Assembly (NCBI GenBank): GCA_002337525.1
Contig: DDGG01000027.1
Coordinates: 376-47,672, forward strand
DNA: 47,297 nucleotides
Direction of reading: 5' to 3'
Origin: Alphaproteobacteria bacterium UBA1908
GTDB lineage: Bacteria > Pseudomonadota > Alphaproteobacteria > Caedimonadales > UBA1908
The notes under the pieces are model-generated. The model searched no databases and had not been told where the DNA came from. It saw only the letters and a list, made by a program, of their open reading frames with translations. Numbering within the stretch: the stretch's first letter is position 1; each line of letters opens with the position of its first letter. Shown here piece by piece: positions 1 to 9,796 of this stretch. A program made the position numbers and the translations under genes.

Positions 1-489
1 TGTATAAATCCACCCTGCCAATTCGGAAGTGAGCATTTTCCTTGTTTTCTTCTTTTCCACATTTTTGGTAAAGGACAGGGTTACACCCGAAAGACTTTTA
101 AACAGGTTAAAAATAAAATGTTTTTCCGAAGCAATGTTATTGAGAAAAATTTCCTGAATCGCATGCTTGGGGAACTTTAGAACAACAGCTGGCTCCTTGA
201 CAATTGCTTTTGAAGCATACTTCTCTGAATCAATCGCAGCTTCTTGACCAAAATAATCCCCTTTTTTGGAAACTTTTGGAGGATTTTCATTGTCAAGGTA
301 AAGGTTTACCACACCGCTAATAATATAATAAACATAATTTGTTTCAGAATCTTTGGTATAAACCTGAGTATCAAAATCAAATTTTTCAAGGGTTGCATTG
401 GCGATTAACCTTGACTTCTGCTCGGGAGAAGCGCATTCAACAGTTTTATCATTTGCTAAAAAAAAGCGCACTGCTTGGGTTGCGTTCAT
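1..489 (-). CDS. Cyclic-nucleotide-binding (cNMP/CRP-type) domain protein; 3' end runs off the window
   Basis: Not in the ORF track. Manual translation from ATG at 489 (GAGG upstream) is open to base 1: MNATQAVRFF...VYTKDSETNYVLYIISGVVNLY...KKGDYFGQEAAI...YASKAIVKEPAVVLKFPK..., matching the cNMP-domain pattern (YII.SG.V, GD.FG.E). Confidence 0.8.
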   Translation of the reverse strand, partial: MNATQAVRFFLANDKTVECASPEQKSRLIANATLEKFDFDTQVYTKDSETNYVYYIISGVVNLYLDNENPPKVSKKGDYFGQEAAIDSEKYASKAIVKEPAVVLKFPKHAIQEIFLNNIASEKHFIFNLFKSLSGVTLSFTKNVEKKKTRKMLTSELAGWIYT

Positions 490-526
490 TGATTATCTGC
501 CTCATCCTGTTAAAAAAACATTACCT

Positions 527-541
527 TTAACTTAAATTTAA
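527..541. promoter_or_regulatory. Possible CtrA box (TTAA-N7-TTAA) between divergent genes
   Basis: TTAA CTTAAAT TTAA. Chance matches are likely in an AT-rich intergenic region. Confidence 0.25.
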
Positions 542-592
542 GGTACACAGGGTTTTAATACAAGTGCTGATGATATTTTAGATTGGTAAAAA

Positions 593-1468
593 ATGGATTA
601 CGTAACATGCCTTGAAGACTTTCTTCCAGATTTTGAGGCATTTATTTTTGATGTCTACGGTGTCTTGCACAATGGATTACGGGCCATCCCCGAAACTCTT
701 GCGTTTTTAGAGTCCTTACAAAACAGTGGCAAGACAGTTTGCATTCTCTCTAATGCCCCTTTTTTAACAGGGCATATTGTTGAACGTTTAAAGACGTATG
801 GCCTGCTTCCTTCTTTTTACCAACATATTTTAACGGCTGGATCTGAAACACAGCGACACCTGATTGAACAGGATACCCCGGACCATGCACGCCTCGGGCC
901 GCGCTGTTATTTTCTGGGAATCCCTGAAATGGAAGAAATTCTTCAACAAACACCTCTTCAAAAATGTTCTTCTCTCGAAGAAGCTGATTTCATTCTGGCT
1001 GCCGGTCCCAATGAATGGGGACAAAACCTTGAAGACTATCAGGAACTTCTGGACCTTGCTTTCAAAAGAGAACTTCCCATGGTTTGCGCCAATCCGGACG
1101 AATATGTTTTTAAGGGACGTGAACGCCGCCTAAGGGCTGGTCTTCTTGCACGTTACTATGAAAGCATCGGAGGCAATGTTATTTATCATGGCAAGCCTTA
1201 CATGAATTTCTACAAACCTGTTCTCGATGAAATTTCTGAAATCCCAAAAGAAAAAATTCTTTGCATCGGGGATTCTTTTAAAACGGACATAAAAGGGGCC
1301 CGTGAGTGCCAAATGAAATCCTTGCTGGTTTTGAGCCCTCTGACCTATGACGAAATGGGGATGACCTATGACGAAAATCCTCCCCGAAAAGAAACCAGAA
1401 AAAATATTTTCAACGAAATCTCAAAACAGGTTTATACTCCTGATTATGTGACCCAACTAACAGCCTGA
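593..1468 (+). CDS. HAD-superfamily class IIA hydrolase (NagD-like)
   Basis: Motif I FIFDVYGVLH, LSNAP, CANPD, GKP, and motif IV IGDSFKTDIKGA. Confidence 0.9.
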   Translation: MDYVTCLEDFLPDFEAFIFDVYGVLHNGLRAIPETLAFLESLQNSGKTVCILSNAPFLTGHIVERLKTYGLLPSFYQHILTAGSETQRHLIEQDTPDHARLGPRCYFLGIPEMEEILQQTPLQKCSSLEEADFILAAGPNEWGQNLEDYQELLDLAFKRELPMVCANPDEYVFKGRERRLRAGLLARYYESIGGNVIYHGKPYMNFYKPVLDEISEIPKEKILCIGDSFKTDIKGARECQMKSLLVLSPLTYDEMGMTYDENPPRKETRKNIFNEISKQVYTPDYVTQLTA

Positions 1469-1481
1469 GCGACTTGCCAGA

Positions 1482-2774
1482 ATGACAGATATTCCTTTAT
1501 TTTTTGCTTTGTGCCTTATTGTTTTTATTTTATTTCTTTTAAGCGCTTCGGGTCTGTTCTCTGCCAGTGAAACAGCCTTTCTTTCAACATCCAAAGCGCG
1601 CCTTTATAGCCAGGCACGTCAGGGAGATAAACGTGCAATTCGGCTTTTAAAACTTGTTGAGAATCTTGAACGCCTTGTTGGCACAATTCTGATTTGCAAT
1701 AATTTGGTGAATATCCTGGCAACATCTCTGACCACTGCCGTTTTAACTTCTTTCTTTGGTGACGCAGGTGTTGTCTATGCAACCGTTGTGATGACTCTCC
1801 TGATCGTGATTTATGCCGAAGTTCTGCCTAAATTGCTTGCGATTAAAAAGTCTGAAGAAATTGCCCGTTTTATGGTGCCTCTCATGACACTCCTCGTCAG
1901 GATCATAAGCCCCTTAACACGTAGTATCGAATGGATTGCAAAAAGTAGCTTAAAAAGCGTGGGCGTTCGCATCTCTCCGGAAACACACCTGACCGGGTCT
2001 TTAGAAGAATTGCGAGGCGCCATTGATTTGCACCATGACAAGGCCGCCTCCGAAATAGAAGATCGCGCAATGTTGCACAGTATTCTGGATTTATCAGAGG
2101 TTGATATTGGTGAAATAATGATTCATCGTCAGGATGTAATGATGCTGGATCTTCACGAATCACCCTCCAAAATATTAAACGAGGTTATCCAGAGTCCCTA
2201 CACGCGCTTTCCGGTATGGAAAGATAATCCCGAGAATATTATTGGTATCCTGAATGTTAAGTATTTTCTGCGCGTCCTCCAGGAGCATGGAACCAATATT
2301 GATCAGATGGATTTGCTCAATAGCCTTACAAAACCCTGGTTTGTTCCCGAAACAGCGACCCTTAAAGAACAGCTTCAGGCTTTTCAAGCTCGTAAAGAGC
2401 ATATTGCCATTGTGGTTGATGAATACGGATCCTATCTTGGCATTGTCACACTGGAGGATATTGTTGAGGAAATTGTGGGAGAAATCATTGATGAGCATGA
2501 TGAATCCCTTCCTGGTGTCTGGCGGACCAAGTCTGGTGATATTTTTGTCAGCGGCAAGACGACCTTACGAGATTTAAACCGTCGTTTTGAATGGTCACTA
2601 CCGGATGAAAAAGCATCTACCCTTGCAGGATTGATTATTCATGAATCACAAACAATCCCAAAAGTTGGACAGACCTTTAAGATTGATCAGTTTCGTATTA
2701 AAATTATACGCCGTAGTAAAAATCACTTAACCCTTTTAAAGGTATCAAAAGATGACATCTCCCCTACCCCGTGA
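1482..2774 (+). CDS. HlyC/CorC (CNNM + CBS pair + CorC) family transporter
   Basis: FSASETA, AEVLPK, CBS pair (YTRFPV; HIAIVVDEYG..GIVTLEDIVEEIVGEI), C-terminal CorC domain (TLAGLII). Confidence 0.93.
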   Translation: MTDIPLFFALCLIVFILFLLSASGLFSASETAFLSTSKARLYSQARQGDKRAIRLLKLVENLERLVGTILICNNLVNILATSLTTAVLTSFFGDAGVVYATVVMTLLIVIYAEVLPKLLAIKKSEEIARFMVPLMTLLVRIISPLTRSIEWIAKSSLKSVGVRISPETHLTGSLEELRGAIDLHHDKAASEIEDRAMLHSILDLSEVDIGEIMIHRQDVMMLDLHESPSKILNEVIQSPYTRFPVWKDNPENIIGILNVKYFLRVLQEHGTNIDQMDLLNSLTKPWFVPETATLKEQLQAFQARKEHIAIVVDEYGSYLGIVTLEDIVEEIVGEIIDEHDESLPGVWRTKSGDIFVSGKTTLRDLNRRFEWSLPDEKASTLAGLIIHESQTIPKVGQTFKIDQFRIKIIRRSKNHLTLLKVSKDDISPTP

Positions 2775-3024
2775 CCAACGACTTTATGAAAAGCTGAAAA
2801 AAGAATTTGCTCCAAGCGATCTTGAAATTATTAATGAATCTCACCTCCATGAAGGACATTCGGGGTCTCCCCAAACAGGAGAAAGCCATTACCGTATTCG
2901 CATTCGAGCAAGAGTTTTTGATTCTGTTCCCTTAAGGTCTGCCCATCAAAAAATTTATGATGCCCTGAAAAGTGACTTTGAAAACGGGCTGCATGCTCTA
3001 TCAATCCAAATATTAAAAGACTAA
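2752..3024 (+). CDS. bolA: BolA family protein
   Basis: LEIINESHLHEGH, GESHYRI, HQKIYDAL, GLHALSI. Confidence 0.92.
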   Translation: MTSPLPRDQRLYEKLKKEFAPSDLEIINESHLHEGHSGSPQTGESHYRIRIRARVFDSVPLRSAHQKIYDALKSDFENGLHALSIQILKD

Positions 3025-3192
3025 ACAAAAGCTTGATAAGGAAGTCTCCCTTTACCCTTTCAAAGCCTGCTCTGAAAACTTCCTGTAAAAAGAAAGAGGC
3101 CTTTATCTTTTCTTAAGCCTTTTTTTACCTTCTCCTTACACACTGATTTCTTGAGATTTATCTAGAAAAGCATCAGGGAGAATCAAGTAGGT

Positions 3193-4953
3193 ATGCCAAA
3201 AATATATTTTTCAAGGTATTCGTTTCTTTTTTGGATCGTCTCATTGCTCTTCTTCCCTGTCTCATCAATGGCATCATCCCTTGCGGATCAAATTGCCGGG
3301 TTTAAAAAATCAGAAACTCTTAAGGTTGTCCGGGAAGACGAGAAAAATATCCACATAAAAAAAGCAAGAGAACGTCATCGGACCCTTCTACAGCAAATTC
3401 AACAAAAGAACACCTTAACACCGGTTGCCGAGCGCATTGCACGAGAACATTCTCGTGCGGCATCCTCTTCCGGCAGTCCCGTTTCCCCACACAAAAAATC
3501 TATCTCTGCTGCTTTACTGAAACAAGTAAGGTCAAAACCAAAATTACGCATTGTTCGCGTCCGCCAGGAAGCTTTTAACTGGAGACCCTATGCATCCCTG
3601 AAAGAAACTATAGCCTCTCAGGATTCTGATATTGTTGAGGCGCGCCAACGCTACCACGAAATTTCTTTGGAAATAGAGACATCTCAAAAAGAGTTAAGTC
3701 ACCTTGATGAGCAGAGAAAAAGCCTCGATATCAAGCTTCTTAAAGCGTCACAACTTTTAAAACTTTTACAAAAAAATATTCTTTACAGGGATGAGGAAAA
3801 AGAACGCGATGAACTTATCGAACGACTTGAATATCAAGAGAAAGATCTTACGCCGGATTTTCTCGCACATAGAATTCAGGAATCAAAAGAACTTTTAGCT
3901 CTTGTCAACGAAGGGAAATCGATTCTGGAGCAAAAACTTCTCTGCCTGGAGAATATTTTATCTGAAAATAAGAAAGTACTAACTGCTTTTGATCGAGAGT
4001 TCCGTCAACTTTTTCTGGATAAAAACAAGGGAAGATTCCAGCTTCTTCAAAGTATCCGGAACCATCAGCCTTCTTTTAATCCGACAACAGACACCGAAGA
4101 AGAACAACTTTTTGAAAGAGCCGCCTTTGATCTGAAGCAACGTCCTGATATTAATCACTTTCTTTTTGATCTCAAAGCAGATCTTTCCATGCATCCTGGC
4201 AGGTATCGATTGATGCTTCCAGAAGGCAGCCTCTCCAGTGAAGAAATTGATTCCTTTCTTAAAGATATCAAGGCTTTCAACCACCAAATACAAGAATCAC
4301 TTCAGGAGAGTGATATTGCTTCTTTTCTCTCGGAACACCCTTATGAGCTTGCTTTCCAGGAAAAGGCTTTCAGATTCCGTAAAACAGGGGACACTAATGG
4401 TCAAAACATGACTTTCGCACAAGTCAAAGCAATCCACACCTTCCTTGAAACCCTTGCAAAATCTTATAACAAATTACTACAGCATCCTTTTTTAAACCAA
4501 ACAAAATATTTTGGATATATTCCCGCTTTCACGAAAGGTCGTTTTCATTTTATGGCTCCCTCTCTTTATCAACTCACACGCCTGGAAAGTTTCCATGAAG
4601 CTGTTTTAAAGAAACTCGAAAAACTTCCTTTGGAAGCCCCAGTCGCACATAGAGAAAGACTCCTGGTCCAAGCTTTTGAAGCTTTCTCTTCTCCTGCTAT
4701 TATTTCAGGAGATGAAACTGATATCTCCACAGATAAAACAGAAATAGACATGACGCAGTCAATAACTTCAGAACTCTTTGAAAGTGCCATTTTCATGGTT
4801 CCTGCAGACCTTCAACTGCAATCCAGATCAGGGGCCAGCTCGAGCACAGGCAGCAATGATACAACAGATGTGATGGATAGCCTCCAGCCCCCCGAACAAA
4901 CCGTTTCATGGTGGTCACCCTGGAGAGCTTTTGGATACAAGACTCCAGAATAA
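3193..4953 (+). CDS. Hypothetical secreted coiled-coil protein with WH2-like motifs
   Basis: 586-aa ORF, GGGAG upstream, hydrophobic N-terminal signal (about aa 1-27), repeated LL.QI....L..V motifs, central heptad-rich coiled coil. Confidence 0.75.
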   Translation: MPKIYFSRYSFLFWIVSLLFFPVSSMASSLADQIAGFKKSETLKVVREDEKNIHIKKARERHRTLLQQIQQKNTLTPVAERIAREHSRAASSSGSPVSPHKKSISAALLKQVRSKPKLRIVRVRQEAFNWRPYASLKETIASQDSDIVEARQRYHEISLEIETSQKELSHLDEQRKSLDIKLLKASQLLKLLQKNILYRDEEKERDELIERLEYQEKDLTPDFLAHRIQESKELLALVNEGKSILEQKLLCLENILSENKKVLTAFDREFRQLFLDKNKGRFQLLQSIRNHQPSFNPTTDTEEEQLFERAAFDLKQRPDINHFLFDLKADLSMHPGRYRLMLPEGSLSSEEIDSFLKDIKAFNHQIQESLQESDIASFLSEHPYELAFQEKAFRFRKTGDTNGQNMTFAQVKAIHTFLETLAKSYNKLLQHPFLNQTKYFGYIPAFTKGRFHFMAPSLYQLTRLESFHEAVLKKLEKLPLEAPVAHRERLLVQAFEAFSSPAIISGDETDISTDKTEIDMTQSITSELFESAIFMVPADLQLQSRSGASSSTGSNDTTDVMDSLQPPEQTVSWWSPWRAFGYKTPE

Positions 4954-5053
4954 TGTCGAAATTAAGGCTCTCTCAAAACTTTCTTGTCAGTTGACAGAGA
5001 AGGATTTTCCTGCAATATCCTCAAGGATATATTTTAATCTGGTAAGATGATTC

Positions 5054-6739
5054 ATGAAAAAAACGATTATGGCAGTTATTGCTGCCGGGACTCTTTATAC
5101 AACAGGCTGGTATATTTTAACAGATCACCTTGAAAATCAAACCAATACCTTTTTAACAACACTTCAAAAAGAGTCAGACGCAGTCAAATTTTCTTTTGTC
5201 TCTACAGAAAAATTTGGATTCCCTTTTAAATTCGGAGTTCGCATCAAAGGACTTACCTTTAAAACAGGCTATGCTCACTATAGTCTCAGCGCTGCTGAAA
5301 AAGGTGCAACTTATGAACTGTCAACAAACCTGGCAGGAAAAGACTTTACATTGGCAACAGACTCACCTGATCAACTAACACTTTTCAAAGGCCAAAAACC
5401 TCTTGTAAAGATAATGACCACTACAGATAAAAGCCATTATTCAGTTGCTTTCAAAAAGTCACCCTTGTGGAAAACGCTTTTATCGGAAGAGCCTTCAAGT
5501 CTGATTCAGGATTTCAGGGCCTTCAAAGAAAACCTGTCACATCAATTATCGACCTCGGTAGAAACGCCTCAAGGATCGCAAGCAACTCTGGAAAAGATGG
5601 TGACAGTTCTCTCCCATTTTGATGAAATCAATGTATTAGCCAGAAATACTCTTTACTCCTATGAAATCCTTGATAAAGACTTCTTTTCAAAAGAGTTCCC
5701 AAAAAAGGGAATACTCACGAAAATGCCTCGCTTTGAGTCTTCAATTGAGATTGATAAAATAGAATTAGATGATACGAAAGTTTTTATTAATTGGCATTAT
5801 AAGGACATGGAACAAAATGCCGCCCTGGTTGCCTTTTTTGCGTTGACATTTATACAAGATATCCTTCCTCCCCAGGATAAAATGCCAGAGAATCAACCGG
5901 AATTCATAACCTTTATGAAAAGCCATTTTTTCGGGATGCAACATGCTGAAAATAAAAAAGGACCAGAAACAAGTACTTTAAAAATGTCACTTGCAACAGA
6001 ACAACAAGATGGAGAGGATCGACGAATTAAACTGGGACTTGAAACCTTCGAGGTTGAAAATAATTTCTTTCTGCAATCTCTTAGAGGACACCTGGACAGC
6101 ACTCTCGGGCACGACATTGTTATGGATATTAACCTTACAGGTAATATTGACCTTAAGGAAGGGGCTGAAGAGTTTGCAAAATTAGCTGTGACGACTCAAT
6201 TGTCTTCTCTTGCAAGAGTCAATCCAAAGTTGACAAAGAATGTTCTGTCAGAGGTTGTACACATTTTCCTGGATGGTCTTGATTCTTTGGGCAAAATTCA
6301 ATTTGCTGTCAAGGGGAATGCTGTCACTGAAAATGTTGAAACAGAGTCTCAAAAATTGACCCTGAAAGTTGATGAACTATCCTTTAAAACATCACAAGGT
6401 GGTTTTCACCTGAAAGGGACTTTGCAGGAAAAAGAGACACCCCCCCTTGCCGAGTTTGCTCTGACTCTTTTCAAATACAGGACACTTGTTGATAGTCTTG
6501 GTCAAAAGACACAACGTCTTACAACCTTTTACTCTGAAAACGTTGAGGAGACTCCCCTTAAAATCACAGATAACCTTCTAAACAGTTTCAAAGACTTCCT
6601 AAAGGCTCTTGATACTCAAGGAACCGAGAATGATAATGTTGTCATTACCGGAAAACTAGAGGATGGAGGCCCTCAAATCAGTGGGAAACAAGTTGTTGAA
6701 TTGCTTCTTCTGTGGAACATGATATTGCAAGGCAATTAA
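5054..6739 (+). CDS. DUF2125-like membrane-anchored protein
   Basis: N-terminal TM ending Y..GWY followed by GFPFKF, the pattern of DUF2125 proteins. Confidence 0.6.
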   Translation: MKKTIMAVIAAGTLYTTGWYILTDHLENQTNTFLTTLQKESDAVKFSFVSTEKFGFPFKFGVRIKGLTFKTGYAHYSLSAAEKGATYELSTNLAGKDFTLATDSPDQLTLFKGQKPLVKIMTTTDKSHYSVAFKKSPLWKTLLSEEPSSLIQDFRAFKENLSHQLSTSVETPQGSQATLEKMVTVLSHFDEINVLARNTLYSYEILDKDFFSKEFPKKGILTKMPRFESSIEIDKIELDDTKVFINWHYKDMEQNAALVAFFALTFIQDILPPQDKMPENQPEFITFMKSHFFGMQHAENKKGPETSTLKMSLATEQQDGEDRRIKLGLETFEVENNFFLQSLRGHLDSTLGHDIVMDINLTGNIDLKEGAEEFAKLAVTTQLSSLARVNPKLTKNVLSEVVHIFLDGLDSLGKIQFAVKGNAVTENVETESQKLTLKVDELSFKTSQGGFHLKGTLQEKETPPLAEFALTLFKYRTLVDSLGQKTQRLTTFYSENVEETPLKITDNLLNSFKDFLKALDTQGTENDNVVITGKLEDGGPQISGKQVVELLLLWNMILQGN

Positions 6740-6752
6740 TCTCGGAGAATAC

Positions 6753-6805
6753 TCCCTGACGACTTTTGTCATAGAAAACAAGCGCAAGCTTTAAGTCGTC
6801 AGGGA
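6753..6805. terminator. Inverted repeat with a 13-bp stem (terminator-like)
   Basis: TCCCTGACGACTT ... AAGTCGTCAGGGA immediately after the stop at 6739. Confidence 0.55.
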
Positions 6806-6985
6806 ATAAAATTTTGTTATTTTTTATTCATGGTCCTTGACATGACAGCTTTCATTGATTATTTTTCATTTGTTATGTGTATCTTATCTAAGCCTTTTTT
6901 AAATTCTCTCAAGCGCTGCTTGCAGCGTATATAAATTCATTTCCCTTTTGTTTATTTTTTTATTCCTCTACCAAAAAAAGGTTTT

Positions 6986-8323
6986 GTGATGTTAGAGTCT
7001 GTCGGCACATCAATTTTTACATTTTTAACACAGATTGATGATTTTTTCTGGAGTTACATTGGTTTTCTCCTGGTTGTATTATGCGGTTTTTACCTGACTC
7101 TTCGAAGTCGTTTCTTTCAGTTTAAGGTTTTGATGCAAGGTCATCAATCTTTTAAAGCTCTGGGGGCCGGGCATCGTGACAAAGCCAATGATGGGGTCAA
7201 TCCCATAAAACTATTCTTCAGCTCCGTTGGTGGTATGATAGGCCTTGGCAATATTGTTGCCGTTGTTTCTGCTGTCTCTATTGGTGGGCCCGGTGCGCTG
7301 TTTTGGCTTTGGATAGCAGCTATTGCGGGTATGGTTATCAAGTATTCGGAAATTTATCTGGGTATTCGCTTTAGAGAAAAAAATAACCGTGGCAGCTATG
7401 ATGGGGGCCCCATGTATTATTTGCGTCATGCCTTTAAAACACCCTTTCTTAAAAAAGGGCTTCCTATCCTGTCTTGCCTTTTGCTTTGTATTTACGGTGT
7501 TGAAATATATCAATTTGTTATTATTGCAGATACTGTTTCAAGAACTTTTGAGATTGAAAAACTGTATGTTGTTCTTGTTCTTTTGGTTCTTACCTTTTAC
7601 GCGGGACTTGGCGGTGTACGTCGACTCGCCAATATCTGCACAGCCTTATCTCCCTTATTCATTCTCTCCTATATTGGAATGTGTCTATGGGTTATCATTG
7701 GACACATTGAAGCAGTACCGGATATGTTAGCAGTTGTCATAAAATCAGCTTTTTCCGGTCATGCTCCTATAGGCGGTTTTGCAGGCAGCTCTCTTCTACT
7801 GGCAGCCCAACACGGTATTTCACGCGGTGTTTATACAGGAGATATTGCCATTGGATATGATTCTATTATCCAAAGTGAAACCCGCATACAAAATCCCGCA
7901 ACCCAGGCACGAATGGCAGTTTTTGGTATTTTAAGTGATTCTTTTTTCTGTACCATGAGCATCATGGTCGTTCTTTTAACAGGTATATGGCATGACAGCA
8001 CAGGGCTTTTAACCTCTCAATATGTGGCAAGCGCGCTGGGACAACATTTTCCCTATGTTGATAAGTTTATGGTTTTCTTTATCTTTGTTGCAGGATGGAC
8101 AACAATTGTGGGTTATCTGGCAGTCGGAGGAAAAGCGGCACGCTTTTTGTCTCCCAAAAAAGGCTTTCGTTTTTTTATGACATACGCCGTTCTATCGCTA
8201 TTTTGTTTCTCCTTTTTTAATCAGTCTCAAGTTCTCCTGATCATGAGCCTTTCCGGTGGAGGCCTTATGCTCATGAACCTTACGGGTATTTTAAAACTGC
8301 GACATGAAATAAAATATCAATAA
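6986..8323 (+). CDS. Alanine/glycine:cation symporter (AGCS/AlsT family)
   Basis: GLGNI..V..A...GGPGALFWLW, KYSE..L...FR, GGPMYY, multiple TM helices. Confidence 0.92.
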   Translation: MMLESVGTSIFTFLTQIDDFFWSYIGFLLVVLCGFYLTLRSRFFQFKVLMQGHQSFKALGAGHRDKANDGVNPIKLFFSSVGGMIGLGNIVAVVSAVSIGGPGALFWLWIAAIAGMVIKYSEIYLGIRFREKNNRGSYDGGPMYYLRHAFKTPFLKKGLPILSCLLLCIYGVEIYQFVIIADTVSRTFEIEKLYVVLVLLVLTFYAGLGGVRRLANICTALSPLFILSYIGMCLWVIIGHIEAVPDMLAVVIKSAFSGHAPIGGFAGSSLLLAAQHGISRGVYTGDIAIGYDSIIQSETRIQNPATQARMAVFGILSDSFFCTMSIMVVLLTGIWHDSTGLLTSQYVASALGQHFPYVDKFMVFFIFVAGWTTIVGYLAVGGKAARFLSPKKGFRFFMTYAVLSLFCFSFFNQSQVLLIMSLSGGGLMLMNLTGILKLRHEIKYQ

Positions 8324-8393
8324 CACAGGTAGTTCCTTTGAAGGCATGCCCTGAAATAATAAAACAATGACAAAATTTGTTTAACAGTTAGAT

Positions 8394-8420
8394 GTGAGGC
8401 CGCATACGCCTCACTTTTTT
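8394..8420 (+). terminator. Rho-independent terminator
   Basis: GTGAGGC-cgcatac-GCCTCAC-TTTTTT. Confidence 0.75.
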
Positions 8421-8512
8421 CTAGCATACCACCTCAAATCCTGTTTACGATCAAAAAATGAGTATTTTTAAAAGGGCTTGATTTTTCGGTCAAAATTGCC
8501 TTAAATATTACA

Positions 8513-9796
8513 ATGATAAAAAACAATCCTTCTTCGACTCACCCCTCTCCAAATTCAGCAAAACAACTTATTGGCTGGATTGTTTGGGGATGTGCCGCGT
8601 CCTTTTATGGTTTTCAATTTTTACTGCGTGTATCCCCCAGCGTTATTGCTCAGGAACTCATGACAACCCTTGCGATTGATGCATGTACCCTGGGGACGTT
8701 GACATCATTCTATTATTACGGCTACGTTACAATGCAAATTCCATCCGGTATCATACTGGATCGTCTCGGCCCGCGCCGCCCTCTCGTGATTGCGTGTCTT
8801 TTTTGTATGTTAGGGTGTGCCATTTTTGGATTTGCCGAATCCCTTCCTCTTTTATCCGTAGGTCGAACATTTATGGGCATTGGTTCTGCCTTTGCTTTTT
8901 TAAGCTGTGTTAAACTTGCTTCTCTTTATTTTAATCCTCGCATTCTCTCCATTCTTGTAGGACTAACCCTTTCGTTAGGAACAGTGGGAGCCACCCTCGG
9001 GGATGCTCCTCTTGGATATTTGATAAGCCTGTATGACTGGCGAGTTGCCAACTATGTCCTGGCAGGTGTTAGCATTATTATTGCGATTGCCGCGTGGTTT
9101 TTGATTGAGGAGATTACTTCTCCCCAGGACAAAAAACACCCTTCTGAAAAAAAATATTTTTTTGAGGGCCTCAAAACCGTACTTAAAAATCCACAAGCCT
9201 GGATTTATGGGGGATATGGTTTAGCCATGTATGTTCCTCTCTCGGGCTTTGCCGATTTATGGGGAACCCCCTTTTTATCAGAGGCTTACCATATATGCGC
9301 AACAAAGGCAGCGGGCATTAAATCTTTTTTCTATATTGGATTAGGAATTGGAGCCCCCTTGTGGTCATACTATATGACACGCCTTCAAAGTTATAAAAAA
9401 GGCCTTTTACAAAGCGCGATTGCAGGGGCAATTGTTATGACTGTTGCCTTATACGTTCCCTTACCCATCTTTTTAATGTCACCGCTGCTTTTAATGAGCG
9501 GCTTTTCTGTTGCTGGTCAATTTGCGGCTTTTGCAGCAGCAGCAGCTCTAAACCATTCATCTCAAACAGCGACATCCTCCGGCGTTCATAATATGCTCTG
9601 CATGCTAAGCGGCATTATTATGCAACCCCTTATCGGTCACTTGCTGGATGTATGCAAGGCTAACGATATTTTGTGTCCCCTCACCTATACCTATGATCAT
9701 TATCTAAAATCCCTGGCTGTCATTCCTGTTAGTCTAACACTTGCTATTATTCTGTGTTTCTTTATGAAAGAAAGCTTCCCTCGTGACACCCGCTAA
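8513..9796 (+). CDS. MFS transporter
   Basis: MFS motif A GIILDRLGPRR, GR.FMGIG, about 12 TM segments. Confidence 0.92.
   Translation: MIKNNPSSTHPSPNSAKQLIGWIVWGCAASFYGFQFLLRVSPSVIAQELMTTLAIDACTLGTLTSFYYYGYVTMQIPSGIILDRLGPRRPLVIACLFCMLGCAIFGFAESLPLLSVGRTFMGIGSAFAFLSCVKLASLYFNPRILSILVGLTLSLGTVGATLGDAPLGYLISLYDWRVANYVLAGVSIIIAIAAWFLIEEITSPQDKKHPSEKKYFFEGLKTVLKNPQAWIYGGYGLAMYVPLSGFADLWGTPFLSEAYHICATKAAGIKSFFYIGLGIGAPLWSYYMTRLQSYKKGLLQSAIAGAIVMTVALYVPLPIFLMSPLLLMSGFSVAGQFAAFAAAAALNHSSQTATSSGVHNMLCMLSGIIMQPLIGHLLDVCKANDILCPLTYTYDHYLKSLAVIPVSLTLAIILCFFMKESFPRDTR

Noticed and set aside
1341-1376. Short tandem duplication TGACCTATGACGAAA in the HAD gene
   Set aside because: In-frame 21-bp-period micro-duplication (TYDEMG-MTYDEN) with no sign of function.
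6740-6985. Glycine riboswitch upstream of the AGCS transporter
   Set aside because: No GGAGA...CCGAAG...CTCTCAGG core; only a simple inverted repeat.
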